A stretch of DNA of 64,000 bases from Stylophora pistillata (lineage: Eukaryota): NCBI RefSeq assembly GCF_002571385.2, contig NW_019218098.1:286137-350136 (forward strand), in the 5' to 3' direction. The translations under genes and the position numbers were made by a program. Of the stretch, positions 37,114 to 50,500 are shown in pieces (position 1 is the first letter of the stretch; each line of letters begins with the position of its first letter). Below the pieces are notes generated by a model that was not told the origin of the DNA, made no database searches, and was given only the letters and a program-made list of their open reading frames with translations.

Positions 37114-40100
37114 CTAACGACGAGAAGGATTAGTTATCAGATAAAATAGTTCCATAAAGTCATTTTCCTCCTTTAAATGATCACTTTCAAAGTTTTCTGT
37201 ACGTCGAGAAAGCAAAAGCAGCCTTTTCTCCACTTTTAGCATTCGTTCCTCAGTACACTGGATAATAGTTTCAGAATTCAAACAGAAAGGCTCTGCATCA
37301 GAAAGACACATGTTGGAGAATGTCGTCTCATCACAAAACAACTTAAACTCAGTCCGATTACTTCCCTTATCGAAAATGTCCGTTAAACGCTCCTCGATAA
37401 AACGTGCCATTTCAAGCTCTTTTGCGCATTCTTCTGCGTTTGTTTTAGCATCACCGTATGATTCGTTGAGTACAGAAACAAGCATATTCATGAGAAACAC
37501 AGTTGTGGATATACAAAACAAAAATGCAAACGTCGGACCAATAAAGGGTTTGTCGCTTCGAAGAGCTTGCATTGGGACTGCTTTTCCCAACACAAATTCG
37601 AATTGTGACATAACTGCGTTGAGGTAACTAGAATACTCTAATACTACACAACCGAAAAACTGCATACCTGTGACGACAAATGCATAAAACACGATCAGAA
37701 AGAAGAACACGTACGATAGTTGATAGCCTATAGATTGCCGAAAAGATGAAAACAAGTATATTACGTGTGGATTAAAACGAATTAAATTTAGGAGCTTGAT
37801 CGTCACCATAAAAACAGCAACGGCAATAGATGCATTTTCTAAGTTAAGCCAATCCAAGGCTGTGTGAAAATGTGCGATTTCATAAGGATTGGCTTGAATA
37901 GCCTTGATAGTGTTTAAAACACTTTTAGCTCTGATCATGTAGAATGCTACAGAAGCTACAGAGAAAGTTATCATGAAGAAATCGACCATGTTCCAAACAG
38001 ACTTAAAGAATCCTAGGCGTTGTTGATATAGGTGAACTAACATAACTATGAAGTAAAAGAACACCATTGCCATGAACAGAAACTGGCAAATTAGGAAAAA
38101 CACCAGAGCTCCCGACTCAGTGCTGTACAACTCGAGTGTCTCAATTCTTCTTGAAGTATAGGCTGCACCAGTAGCTATGGCCTCGTAAAAATATGTGGCA
38201 ATACTGATCAAGTTTGTATTGACATTGAAAACAGCAAACTCTAGAATTACAGCTCGAGTTTGGCGATCGAACCATCCCTGGCCAATAGTTTCGTCGAGGA
38301 CACCTTTTGCGGTGCTTTCGTCATAGCCCATGACTGCCGCATAACCACCTCCTTCATATGAATTGTACGTAGCCTGGATGGGATTAATACGAAGTTCTGC
38401 TGCTGATTGGTATCGCCAAGGATTAGGGCAACTTTGGAGAGCATTTGGCCACGATGCGTTGAGTGGGAGAGGTATCCATCCTGGAAGGCTTAGTAAAGTC
38501 GTGTCCTCGTTGTCTGAAGAATAGTGGTAATAGCAGTTGGAAATGATTTTAGAGAGCGATCTGCAGGAGCCTTCATTGAAAATGTAGAGGAAAAAGAGGA
38601 AAAACAGTTTGTGACTTTTAGTTGCATAACTGATAACAAGGAGGAACTAAGAAGTTACTACCTAGAACAACACGTCTATAAGATTCCTCATTGTATCGGT
38701 TTGAAGATTGTGGTTCCTAAATTACTATCGAAGCTTAATTAAATTCACTGTTTTAGCCAGAAGACCTCAATTTCTGTTTTTCCTTCTTTAGAGATGTAAA
38801 TAACTGGTCGTTTTCATTGGAGTTATTGGTGTGATAGGCTGCCAACCATCATGATTTCGATGGAAGGGAAAATGTTTCATGGGTACGCGTAATTACGGCT
38901 ATTCAAACTATTTAAGGTCCATTAAGTAGCCTCAATTAGAAATATGAAAGAAAAGGAGCGCTGGTCAATAAAATATTAATGATATTTTTCTCTTATGAAA
39001 GCTTCTTGGAGTATAAGACCACTGATTTATAAGTTTCACTTTTTTATCCAGTTTCAAGCAAAGCCTCCTGCAAAAAGATGTATCCCTATAAAATGATCGA
39101 TGTAAATTGTAGTTTACTTTTTTTGATTCTGAGCTGTCGCAACCAAGGCATCCCCACCAAGATCGACATCTTGTTCTCGATGAACACGTTGTTTTTCTCT
39201 TCGTCTCCATTGTACCAGGCCTGGTTATAAATGTTTAATATGAATTCATTCTTTAACCACGCCTCTAATCGATGTGCATCGTTTACCGAGAGGGAAAAAG
39301 AAGAACTGAGAGAGAGCGTATGCATTAAGTTCGTTGCACCATTCATAAACAAGTTCGGCGATGAACATGGTTATAAAAAAAAAACAAGTAAATAAAAAGT
39401 AATGAAATGACTGACCACTGCAACAAAGTGCAAGGAAAACATAAACCAGTAGGCCATCTTAAATCCAAAACTCGTGATAACATCGGAAAAATTTGAGCAG
39501 TTAAAAGTTCAGTGCAATCGAGAGCAAAGGCTGATTTAAAATCTCTAGTTCTACCAGCTATTTTTCTTTGAGAGGTCATTTTTAAACTATATCAAAAAAA
39601 CTGTTCAAGTGTAGGTTTTAAAATAGCTCGAATGTATTACTTTGTCTGGTGCTGGGATGTGATTGACGTTGGTTACCAAAAAACTTTGTGTTAAGCATCC
39701 CGAGTCTGTAATTTTGCAATTATGGTGTTATGCATATGCCTAGCAAATCCTTTAAACATAAACAAGTCTAACTACTAAGAAGGAGTCTTTTAGCAGACAG
39801 GATAATCTTACCAGGTTAAACTTAGTAAATCGATTTCCTATCTCTGCTGTCATCAGAAAACGATTTCCATTATTGTTTCCATAGGATACGATAGCCAGAA
39901 GAAACATGAATATTAAATGAAGAATGATGTCTCTTGTCATGCGTGTTAAAGCAGCCTCCCTTTGGGATCTCTCCCTCATCTTTTCCCGCTGATATCGCTT
40001 AAAGTACTGTTTGGGATCATCACTCAAAATATCTATCTCGATTGCAGATGAATCGATTCCAATTTCTTTCTCTTTTTCTTCTCCTTTTTCACATTTTCCT

Positions 40101-41502
40101 TTATTCTTTTTCGTTAGCAGAAAGGAAACAACGATGACTGCTATCATAACCTTGGTCGGCTGTACAACGAAAATGTCTTGTCCGCTGGAAATTAAAGTAG
40201 AAGCAAGCCACTGCTCAGAGGTTTCCTTGCCCCACATTAGACTGTAAAACAGTGTAAAGGTTGCTGCTAACATAGTCGTACAAAAGCAGAAAAACCAGCC
40301 GATATAAACAAAAAAATGAGGAAGCATACAACCGGCGTCTGTTATTTCATCCAAAAGTCGTTGGGCCTCGTCTGTCGCTTTGCAGCTTTCTCTCCTTTCT
40401 TCTTTTGGTCTACTAGACTTAAAGAGGAAGGCAATTATTATGTTTATAGGTGCAATAATTATGCTGCTTTGTACACCGATGACTATCTGTCTCCAAGAAA
40501 ACTTAAATGGTCCGACCTGTATAGCACCGTCAGATTCACTATCAATGTTATAGAACATGGCATTTGCTATCATTGCACTAAACAGAAATGAAAGGCAACA
40601 TGAAGCTCTTTGCACACGTGTGAAGGTACTGCTACATGCTTTTCCAAGCACTGACATCCACAGGTGACTGTCGGCAATTTGCCTAGCAAAGCGCGAACGA
40701 ACATGAGCAGAAAAGGCAGCATGCGTTCTGCTGTCCACAGTAACCTCTATTTGTCCGTCGTCTTTCTCTAAGGCAAGCCATCTATTTAAGGGGAACACCC
40801 ACATTTCTTCAGTCTGTCGGTCCTTAATCGTTACTGTCTCTACGAACCAAGACGGATTTTCTCCCGAGTTATCGTGCTCCAAAGTAATTTCTTTTAATGT
40901 ACCAAAGGATTTTGCCATCACGAGTACAAAGACATTAATACTCCCACGCCCAAATAATTCACTCGTTTCCCCTTTCTCTCGTAATACAATTTGACTATGT
41001 TCGTAAATTTCGCTCTTGATACTAATGCTTATTTTAGCTTTTGTTGCTGACTGTTTCCAAATACCGGTGCTTACAACCATATCGTAGCAATAGGCTCCTT
41101 CATCAACAAGTGGTATCACTTTGGGAGGGCAAATCTGAAAAGAAGAATACATACTGAGTTAAAAATGCTCATCTGAATGTCAAAATACGATACTTAGAAT
41201 CTTTCAATTTTCAGTTGCAAAAGAAACCTTAAAATGAAAAAATGGCAATTATGAAAGTTGTCTTGGCGGGAGGTCGAGAGTTCAATACCGGCCGGACCAA
41301 CACTCAGGGTCTTAAAATTAACTGAGAAGAATATGCTTCCTTTCTTTAACATCAAGAAATGGTTAGATATTCTAGTCTTCTCGGATAGGGACGAATAAAT
41401 GGAGGTCCCGTCTCCTGCAGGGTTGGGGTAGGAGACGTTAATTTCCCACGCACGAGATTACTGTGTGATGGATGTCCTCCCTGGGGTGGGTTGGGTGGGT
41501 AG

Positions 41503-41586
<84 letters not shown>

Positions 41587-44500
41587 GTTTGGGCAGCAGA
41601 ACTGTTTGATTGGATGCATTTAACGAGATGAACACACCTTGTCTTCATCTCCCTTGTCGGCTCTCCTTGCAAAGACCAAGACAACGAAGTACGAAAGGAA
41701 ACAACAAGAAATTGTTACAAGTACTGAGATATTGCCACTCTCAGCAAGATTTAAAAACTCGTTAAAGACTTTGTCGAAGTCAATTGGATTTGGTGCCTGA
41801 ATGAAGCTTCCACCAAACGATGTCAAATGATTGCAGAGGCATACAAGATGCGTGGTGTTTGAATCTGGGCTTACCTTTCAAAACATGAATAGATAAATAG
41901 ATCAATAACAAATGTCAATTTTAGCCATAAAAACAATAGATAATATAGAAATCGAGAAATGCGATATTTTAAGAAGAATAGCCGATTGGTGGTTTTAGCA
42001 TTATATCCGCCGCTTTATCACTAAATCTGTACTTTCGAAATCAGTATTTTTCGCATATAATTTTTAGGATGAATAAGTCATTGCTTTCCTTAACCTAAGA
42101 AACAGCTTGTAATGGTAAATTTTTACCTTGCAACCTTCCGTAGTCCACTCTTCTGTTTCCTCTGACCAATGCAAACAACTTGACTGGGTGATAGTTAAAG
42201 TGTAGTTAATGTCTGTGTTTGGGTCATACTTTGGAACTGCAACTTTGAGAACTCCTTTGGGCGGAGGATCCTTGACCCCAACACAGGACCGTCTTTCGCG
42301 ACGCTGACCGAAACACGATCGTCGTTGCCTAGAATGTTGACTTTCACTCTCAGAGGGTTTAAACAATAAACCTACGTAGAGGGAGGCTGGCTTAGATGGC
42401 ATCACTGTAACTGATCCACCTCTGATAAAGCAAGTTGAATTGACATCTGTTTGGTTGTCACATGTAAAGTTAGACACTAATGTAACGTTGTGGTCAAAGT
42501 CTTCCACAGTTGGCCTTCCTCCAAACTTTATAAAGAGTTTGATTTGAATTCCTGCTTTAGCCACCTCCATATTAAGAGATACAGGAACATTAGCGAGTTC
42601 TGCGTAATAACTACGGACTGACATACGGTTAGGCTTAAGGAAATAATGTTCTGTCCCGTTTCTGGAGTTCTGAGGTGGATTGGAAATCGGAATGACGATC
42701 TCGATGTCATTATCGAGATTTGAGATATTAATTTTTTCCTCGCTGTTACCTTTAAGCTCGAGACTAATGACTTTTGATTTGATTTTCTTGCTGCTATTGC
42801 TCCAGGTAAAAGGATTAAAATCAATAGCCTGCATCTGAAAGAAAACGAACTATATGTGTTTCTTGATACTGAGGTAAGTGAAATTACAGGAGTTTTTCTT
42901 CACTTCTTCTGTCAATCAAACCTATAAATCTATTCAGCTTGACAGAGAAATTATGAATTTTCCATGCCATTTGTTAATATGAGCTAAAATAAAATATTAT
43001 ATGAACAAGCGGGTTACCCCACCTAGGCAAGATACCTCACTCATCTGGGGTCCCCCACCTCCATGTAGACAGGCCCTAAATGAATACACCCTTTTTTCTG
43101 GATTCTGTATTATAGGCATGCAATACTCAGTAGTTAGTCAAGTGAAAAGCAAGCAAAATGCCAGAAAAATTAAAGCAAGGATTTCTTTATAACATCCTTC
43201 CCCATCATTAGATTGGACAGAATCTGAAAGCTGGATTGAGAATAGCAATCTTACTTTTGCATTTATGTCTACACTGCCGAAATTTCCAAGATTGCTTGGG
43301 AGCTTGAATTTGCTTGGTCCATCTCCCATGCTGAGTCCCTTTGCATCGTTAGCTGTGACCTTTTTCACAAATATTACCAACTTTGGAGTTTGAAGGACCA
43401 GATCTTCTGATGGAACTAAGCGGCCAAAAAGTGCATCGCACATATTGCTCAGTTTTTCGAAGGCCTCTTTAACTATCTAAAAAGAGGATCAAATAATGTC
43501 AGTTGTTGAGAAAATAACGTAGTTATTCTTATAAATTAAGATATTTTTTGGTCTCAATTTATTTTGGTAACTACCGTAACATAGAATGCGGTTAAATGTT
43601 AGCAGCTTGTTAGAAATTTAATCCAGAAGGGGAATATACGCAGGAAGGTTCATATTTCTGGTAACTGTGCGTGTGATTTTTACCTCTGGAGATCGCGGAG
43701 ATGCTATGGAGTCTGTGTCGCCTTGACTCGAGCCTACACCAGACTTCAGAACATTCGTAAGACAGCCTGTAACACTCGTCGCTGTTTGTTCCAACACTGG
43801 TGTGAAAGGCTCCTCTGGATCGTTTAGGGTAGAGATCATGATATTTGCCGTATTATCGATCAATTGCATTGTTAATTCCTTGGAAAAAATAGTACTGGCA
43901 CATCATTTATCAGAATCATTAGAATGCGAAGATTTGGCAGATCAAATACTCTTGAAAATCCGAAATTTACCATTGTCGTAGCCTTCTTTTTAGGTACAAG
44001 TAAAATGTTTTAATCGTTTCCGGTCAGATACCTTCGCGAGGAACAGGGAGCCCAGCAATATTTACATCACTTGCAAGACGAGTCCAGATGAGTACTGAGC
44101 TGGCACGGACTCCAACCGTATTGGAACCGAACCATTTCAGGTTTATTTTCCTCCTTTATTTTTAATCTTATTTTGTTGAAGAGGAATTGTTTGACTGTTA
44201 TTGTTATTAAGTAAAAAACCGATTTGACATTTATATATGCGATCCAAACAGAATAGAAGAGCAAAAGAAAAAATAAAATCAATACGGCGTACCGCGCTGT
44301 CAGTGTTGCTGTCACTGTCACCGTCACTACAGCTGTCGCATTTTAGTTCAGCCTTCGTCCCCATGGCCAAGCTTACCACTGACATCACCAAGCGAGACAT
44401 TTCAAGATTATCTGGTGTTATAGCTGTAAATTTGTTAATCAATGTGTCGATAATCTAATAACAAAGAGAAATGACATGCTTCGAATGAACGATCGCACAG

Positions 44501-47500
44501 ATTCTGTGCACGCCTTATCACTTTCTATAAAAAAAATATGGCTACAATTACCTGTAGCTAAAATTAAACTGTTATTTCCGATTGCATTTGAGCATTCGTT
44601 TTTAGCATACCAACGCTTTGTCCTTGGGTTCCAGTGCTTTTCCACATTCAGTTCTTTCATTAGCAGACTTCAAGACAGATATACCAAGTTGAACAGCTTG
44701 GCTGAGTTCACCTCTGTCGAGAAATTCACTAAGCTTGCTACCCTCCCCGACTACAAAACTTTTTAATTTGATTGTAACTTCTTCTGGTGATGAAAGACAT
44801 GGATCAAGGCTAGACGATGGTCTTACCTGCAGAAAGAAAAGGAAGAAAGATCAAAACATTTTACTTATTGATAAGAGTCTTTTGACCTTTTCACTAAAGT
44901 TACGAGTTATCACGGGATCCTAGCCAAGCTGAGATAGAAATCGAGAACAATGGAAGGCTGGAAGGCACATAGAGTGAATTATATAGTTTTGAAACAGTTT
45001 GAACACAGCGTTAGTGACTAAAATTGGACAGTGCCTAAGTCATGAGTAGAGTAACAATTGTTTCGTCAAAAAGGTATCGCGTATATCATTTATCTCAGTA
45101 CCTTGATAAGTAATTTCTGTACAACAGATACTCCAACAGCGTTCCTAATCACGATAGTGATTCTTAATTGAAAATTTTCGTCCGGAAATCCTGCAGGTAA
45201 TACTGTCGATACAGATGTGGGTGATATGCCGTAAGATATTGGATTCTCTCCGAGTGACAACTCATAATTTAGTGGTAAGCTCGTATCCCGCCAGTCGAAG
45301 CACTTAAAAACAAACTCAGTCTCTAATGAAACGCCTTCAGAGGTTGAAGACGTGCAGTAACCACTATGCGGCTCCCCAGCGGTTTCAAAGATGATGGAAG
45401 AAAAACCGTATGCCCCTTCTGAAGATGTTACAAATAATGTTAGATTATATTTGCAATTTGATTGCAATGAGTTCTTTTTGATGATCACATTAGTTGCATG
45501 TGCAGCAGTTGATGTCATATTGGGTAAAATGGGTACATTCACCCAATTTCCTGATTCACTGAATTTGGACAAGTGCCATTCATAGGTGGATCCGTTGCAA
45601 CGAGCATTAGAGCATGCGGATGTCACCCGGAGCTTGTTCGAAGCAGACACTCTTTCGCCGCAATCTATAAGGCATCTAGACAAAATAAAAATTACGTGAA
45701 CTGTTAAAATGGGATTTCAGTGAGAGTGGGCTTGCCCACATTGATCGTTCATAATTAAAAAATGAGTTACCTGAGGGCCACTTGAGGTACCTCTTTTGCA
45801 GCTATCAAAAAGGACGTTTCAGTAAAGGAACTTCTCACATCCTTGGAAACAGTCAGTTGTAGGAAGTAGGTCTTTTCGACTTCCAGTTTACTAGGGTCCA
45901 CTCTAATGACTGTGGAGCTAAAGTTTGGCATGCCAAGAAAAGAACCAAAGCAAGTGTTGTTTACAGAGCTGTCCTTCCGGCAGGACCATGTAAAATTGAG
46001 TCCAGTGTGCATCCCAGGGCCAATATCAACATCATAACTCAAGGAACCATCCACAGTCACAATGGTTTTAGATCCCCATCGTACACTGCTTCCTCCATCG
46101 ATGATAGCTCGCACTGGAGCTGCAATAACCTCAATGAAGCCATAATCAAAGGCATTGAGTGTCCTTGGGGACTCTGGATACTCAACAGTAATTGTTGCTT
46201 TGAATATTACTTGGTAAATTCCAGCTGATAGGGATCGTCTTTTTATCGTCCATTCCGTTGTTCCTTGACTGACAATAGTTCCTGATGCTGACTCTGAGGC
46301 ATCCAGCTCCTTTTCACTAATTAAACTCCATTCGAAGGTGCTCTGAAGTACGGTTAAATCTTTATTTAGACCCTGTATCACAGCTTGTTGGACGCTTTGG
46401 ACTGAACGCTGAATAGGCGTAGCGTGATACTTGTTCTTTGAAATATTTCTGATGGTCACAGAGAAATCTCCTAATAATTAGAGTGGAAAAACGTTTTTCA
46501 GTCATTTTCAACCTTTAAGATATAACTTTTCCCCTACATGTTTTCTATAATCATGTATTCTATGGCTTGGCTTACTTAAGTATCAAAATGTCCCATTTTA
46601 CTCAGACCAACTTGTTTAGCTACAAAATGGGAAAAACAAAAAAACCAAACTAAATGAAGCTAGCGATAGCTTTTTAGCTGTCTTGTTTCACCTAAATCTA
46701 AACGGAATCTTACCGTCGGGCTCACATGATATCCCATCTCCAATGTAGCTTTTCCGGCACTCACAGCTAAAGGATCCAGGATTGTTAAAGCAGTGAGCGA
46801 CTCCGTGGCAGTTATGAGCGGAGGTTGCACATTCATCAATCTCTGTAGAATTACAAAGATGCGGATTACGTTTTTAACAGGGGTCAGTGCCCCATGAAAA
46901 ACACACACACAAAAAAGGAATGGATAATGAACATACAACTATTTCCCACCTACACAACTTGCGCCATTGCCCTCATATCCTTTGACGCATGTAAAGTTAA
47001 AGGATAAAGGCTGATAGTTTCTAAAGAAACTGTTTGGGGCTGCGTCGGTGGGGGTAACAAAATAATTTTGATATATCAACAAAGTTGAAATGGTAAATTG
47101 GCCACCGTAACGATTACAAAAGCTGACGTTTCGAGCGTTAGCCCTTCGTCGGAGCGAAGGGCTCCGACGAAGGGCTAACGCTCGAAACGTCAGCTTTTGT
47201 AATCGTTACGGTGGCCAATTTACCACTTCAACTTTGTTGATATATCCAAATTATTGCAGTTAAAGGATCCGATCGCGTTGGTACAAGCCACCCGTGGGTC
47301 GCAGTTGCGCACAGTTGTAGTGCATTCATCAATATCTATACGTAATAATATACATGAAAAAATTGTGCGCGTCTGATTGGTTAAAAACGAGTGCATTTTT
47401 AATGAAACAGGAGTGCAAGGTTGTAACACGAGTGCAAAGTTGTAACACGAGTGCAAATTACAAATAACGTACGCGCGCTGTCAAAATGTTTCCTGTCTTG

Positions 47501-50500
47501 ACTTTCTTTCATGCTTCTCTTCATCATATTATCAGTAAGTAACAACATGATGCCTTGTGCAGTTTCAATGACTACAAATTGCAATTATTTTGTCTCTAAA
47601 AAATTTACTCGTGTTTATCAACACCAATTTGACACGAGAAATCATCGTATCCTCCGATACGAAAAATGAAATGCACGATTGAGACTGACGACCAGAGATC
47701 ATTGTGAAATCCTTTTTTAAAAATTTGAACAACAGAGGTCGTAACGCTGGGGCTTAGATTGGAACGTGTTAGACCTACCAACGCAAAATCGCCCATCCCA
47801 AGAGTAACCAGGTGAGCATTGACATGTGAAAGATCCATCGGAGCACATTGCTTTAGGAGCGCAGTCATCCAGGCCGTCCTTACACTCGTTTATATCTATT
47901 ATTTATAGAAAGGAATGTAAATAAGATTAAAGTTGTAATGATGGTTAAAGCTATCACTACCTGCCTCGACCTTTTTTTCTGTAATATTTACCCGTAGAGA
48001 GCTAAAGTAAGTAAAAGGTAATGAAAACGTTCCTCTACTTAATCTTCTAATGCAGCTGACAACATCATCCTTAACAAATGTATCTTTGAGGACATTTTTG
48101 TCGATTTGGGAGCCACAAAGCGCTAAGATACTTATGTACAAACAATATCTGTTCTGAGAAGAAAACAAGTGTTCGAGCGGGACTCGAAGAAAAATAAGGG
48201 CTCTGGGAAACAAATAAAGTCCAAGTAAAGATCAACGAGTTTGCAAACTACTTAAATGGTATTAAGTCGACTATCTTTCAGAAACAAATCTTTTTTTCAG
48301 CGAAGAAGTATCATCCCATCTTGACCTGGGCTTCACTTATACATCGTACACAAATTGTGGGTAAAATCGACCGTTATAGGCGGATAGCCAAGTCAAGTCA
48401 GTCATATATCATACCAGAGCAATGAACGCCATCTCCTGAGAATCCCTGAAGACAAGTACAATTGAATGAACCCATAGTGTTGTTGCATTGTGCCATTTCG
48501 TGACAATTATGTGTCCGCTTTTGACATTCGTCTACATCTGTGGAAATCGTATAAATTCATATTAGTTCCTGTGTGTGTCTGACTACATAGCGTATTTAAC
48601 TCTCTGTCTGTCTGTCTGTCTGACTGACTATCTGTTGCAGCTGGTCAACGTGCGACCGTCGATTGGGTTCCCATACGGGGCATCTAAGTTTTCGTGCATG
48701 CACAGTGGCGGCATCTTCGAATGGTGCCACGAGCCCGCCAAGTTAAAACCTCTCAGTCTATCTCGTTCAGTTTTTCTCGAATTTTGGTCCTAATTTTGCG
48801 TTAAACACTGTAAAATAAAGTGAGAGTTTTTTCGAAGCCTTTGTGAAGGATTATGAATTAAAGGTTTTGATTTGAAATAGTTAGTCACCGTTTGCGGCAA
48901 CACTTTCCATGGATCTTTTCGTCTTTTCATGAACGTTTTACGGAGTTTAGAGACTGCACTTCTTTATCTCTTTCTATCGGCCCATTGCTTATGAGAATAA
49001 GGAACTGTTCGTAACTGTCTGGCATTTGTTGCACCATTTATGTTTTCCTGAGTAACCGTGGCAATGACAGCCCATGAATCTATGTCTTCAACCTGTTATC
49101 GTGCTTCAGCAGTTTAATGCTTCATTTAAGGTTACCTGAACAACCGAACAGCTCCACCCTCATTGCAATTCCCTCGTGCCAGTTCACTGGACGAAATCGG
49201 ATGTAACGTCCTACGATAAAGGGGCTCAGGTCATGATAAACGATCGTCTTCTGGTCATAATTTCCAGCAAAGGCCTTGATAAGTGAAAAAACAAAACAAA
49301 ACAAAACAAACAGAAAATAAAAAAAATCTTCACTTTCTTTCCGTGATAAATTTGTGATAATTAGATTGATGGATGAATCGAATGCAACATTTCCTCATCC
49401 AATGGACAGCACAACTCTGATATGTCTGCCTCATATAAACAGTTTTTTTTTGTATGTTTTCTAGAGATTTTCCATGGCATTAAATGACTTAAAACAATAG
49501 AAAAAATATGAGTAAAGGTCTTCCTAGCGCAATCTAAAGGTATTTTTTAATGCTAGTTTCCTTTACGGAAAGGCAGCCTCGTTAATATTCTTATGGACCT
49601 TTTTTATTGTCTTCCCTTGATCCATGTAATATTGCAAAGTAGTTTCTTCATCGCCATGCTGTAAATTGTAGCTGGTAACCCACTTGGACGAAGCACTCAT
49701 TCCTTGTGTTGCAATTCGTTTCACGATGGTATCGTTATTTCGCAAATCAATCTGAAGCCACTGGTCGACATTGTCTTCGAGAGGCAACCAAGCTCCCTCG
49801 CTTAATATCAGTCTGCCCCTAGTTGACGCATAATCTGCACTCAATTGTGAAGAGGCACTAATTTGTCCGTCAGAAATAGCACCGTTTTCCATACCAAGGG
49901 CGTCTTGACATTCTTTGCATTTCAAGAAGATAAACAGAAAGTTGAAATCTAAATCATTCCCGTACCTATCCTCCCGACTATAACACAGTTTTGACCGGAA
50001 ACGAAAAAGAAAGACACAGATTTCTAGGGCGTGGCATCAATTTCGGCTGGGGCTATTAGATCAGGGAAGAAGGTAAGATTATTCCACCAAGAATCTGAAC
50101 ATCTTGTAGGAGTAAGGGAGGCTAGTGGTATGCCAAATGTAGATTTCTTAGCTAAAGGCTCATTAATTGAAGGAGAGCTTACCGCTTTACGATAACAAGA
50201 CCATGAGCGTAAAATTGAAACTGCCAGAGACTACTTGTTAGGCTTGCATGTTCAATATAAGACATGAAAGAATGAAAAAATCATACATGACATTTTTCAC
50301 ATGAAGGACACATGATAAGGGACTTGGAAGTCGCTTGTCGAACAACCCAAGAGTTCTTATCAGCAAGTTAAAATTTGATTTTACCTAGACAGCCGTACAA
50401 CTCCACCCGCATTGTTATCCATCTATACCAGCCTGTAGGTCGGAAACGGATGAATCTCGCCCTGATTGGTGGGAAAAGGTCATGGTACACAATGGTGTCT

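Larger units (their letters stand above)
46995..47268. mobile_element. Penelope-like inverted pLTR insertion inside EGF exon 11 of gene C, 11-bp TSD
   Basis: AGTTAAAGGAT at 46995-47005 and 47258-47268; removing the insert plus one TSD restores a 123-nt exon as in gene B; inverted arms 47061-47155 / 47161-47255. Confidence 0.9.

Noticed and set aside
47385-47460. Short direct repeats (acgagtgcaa) as a CRISPR-like array
   Set aside because: Eukaryotic context, about 19-nt period with no unique spacers; internal to a MITE-like element.
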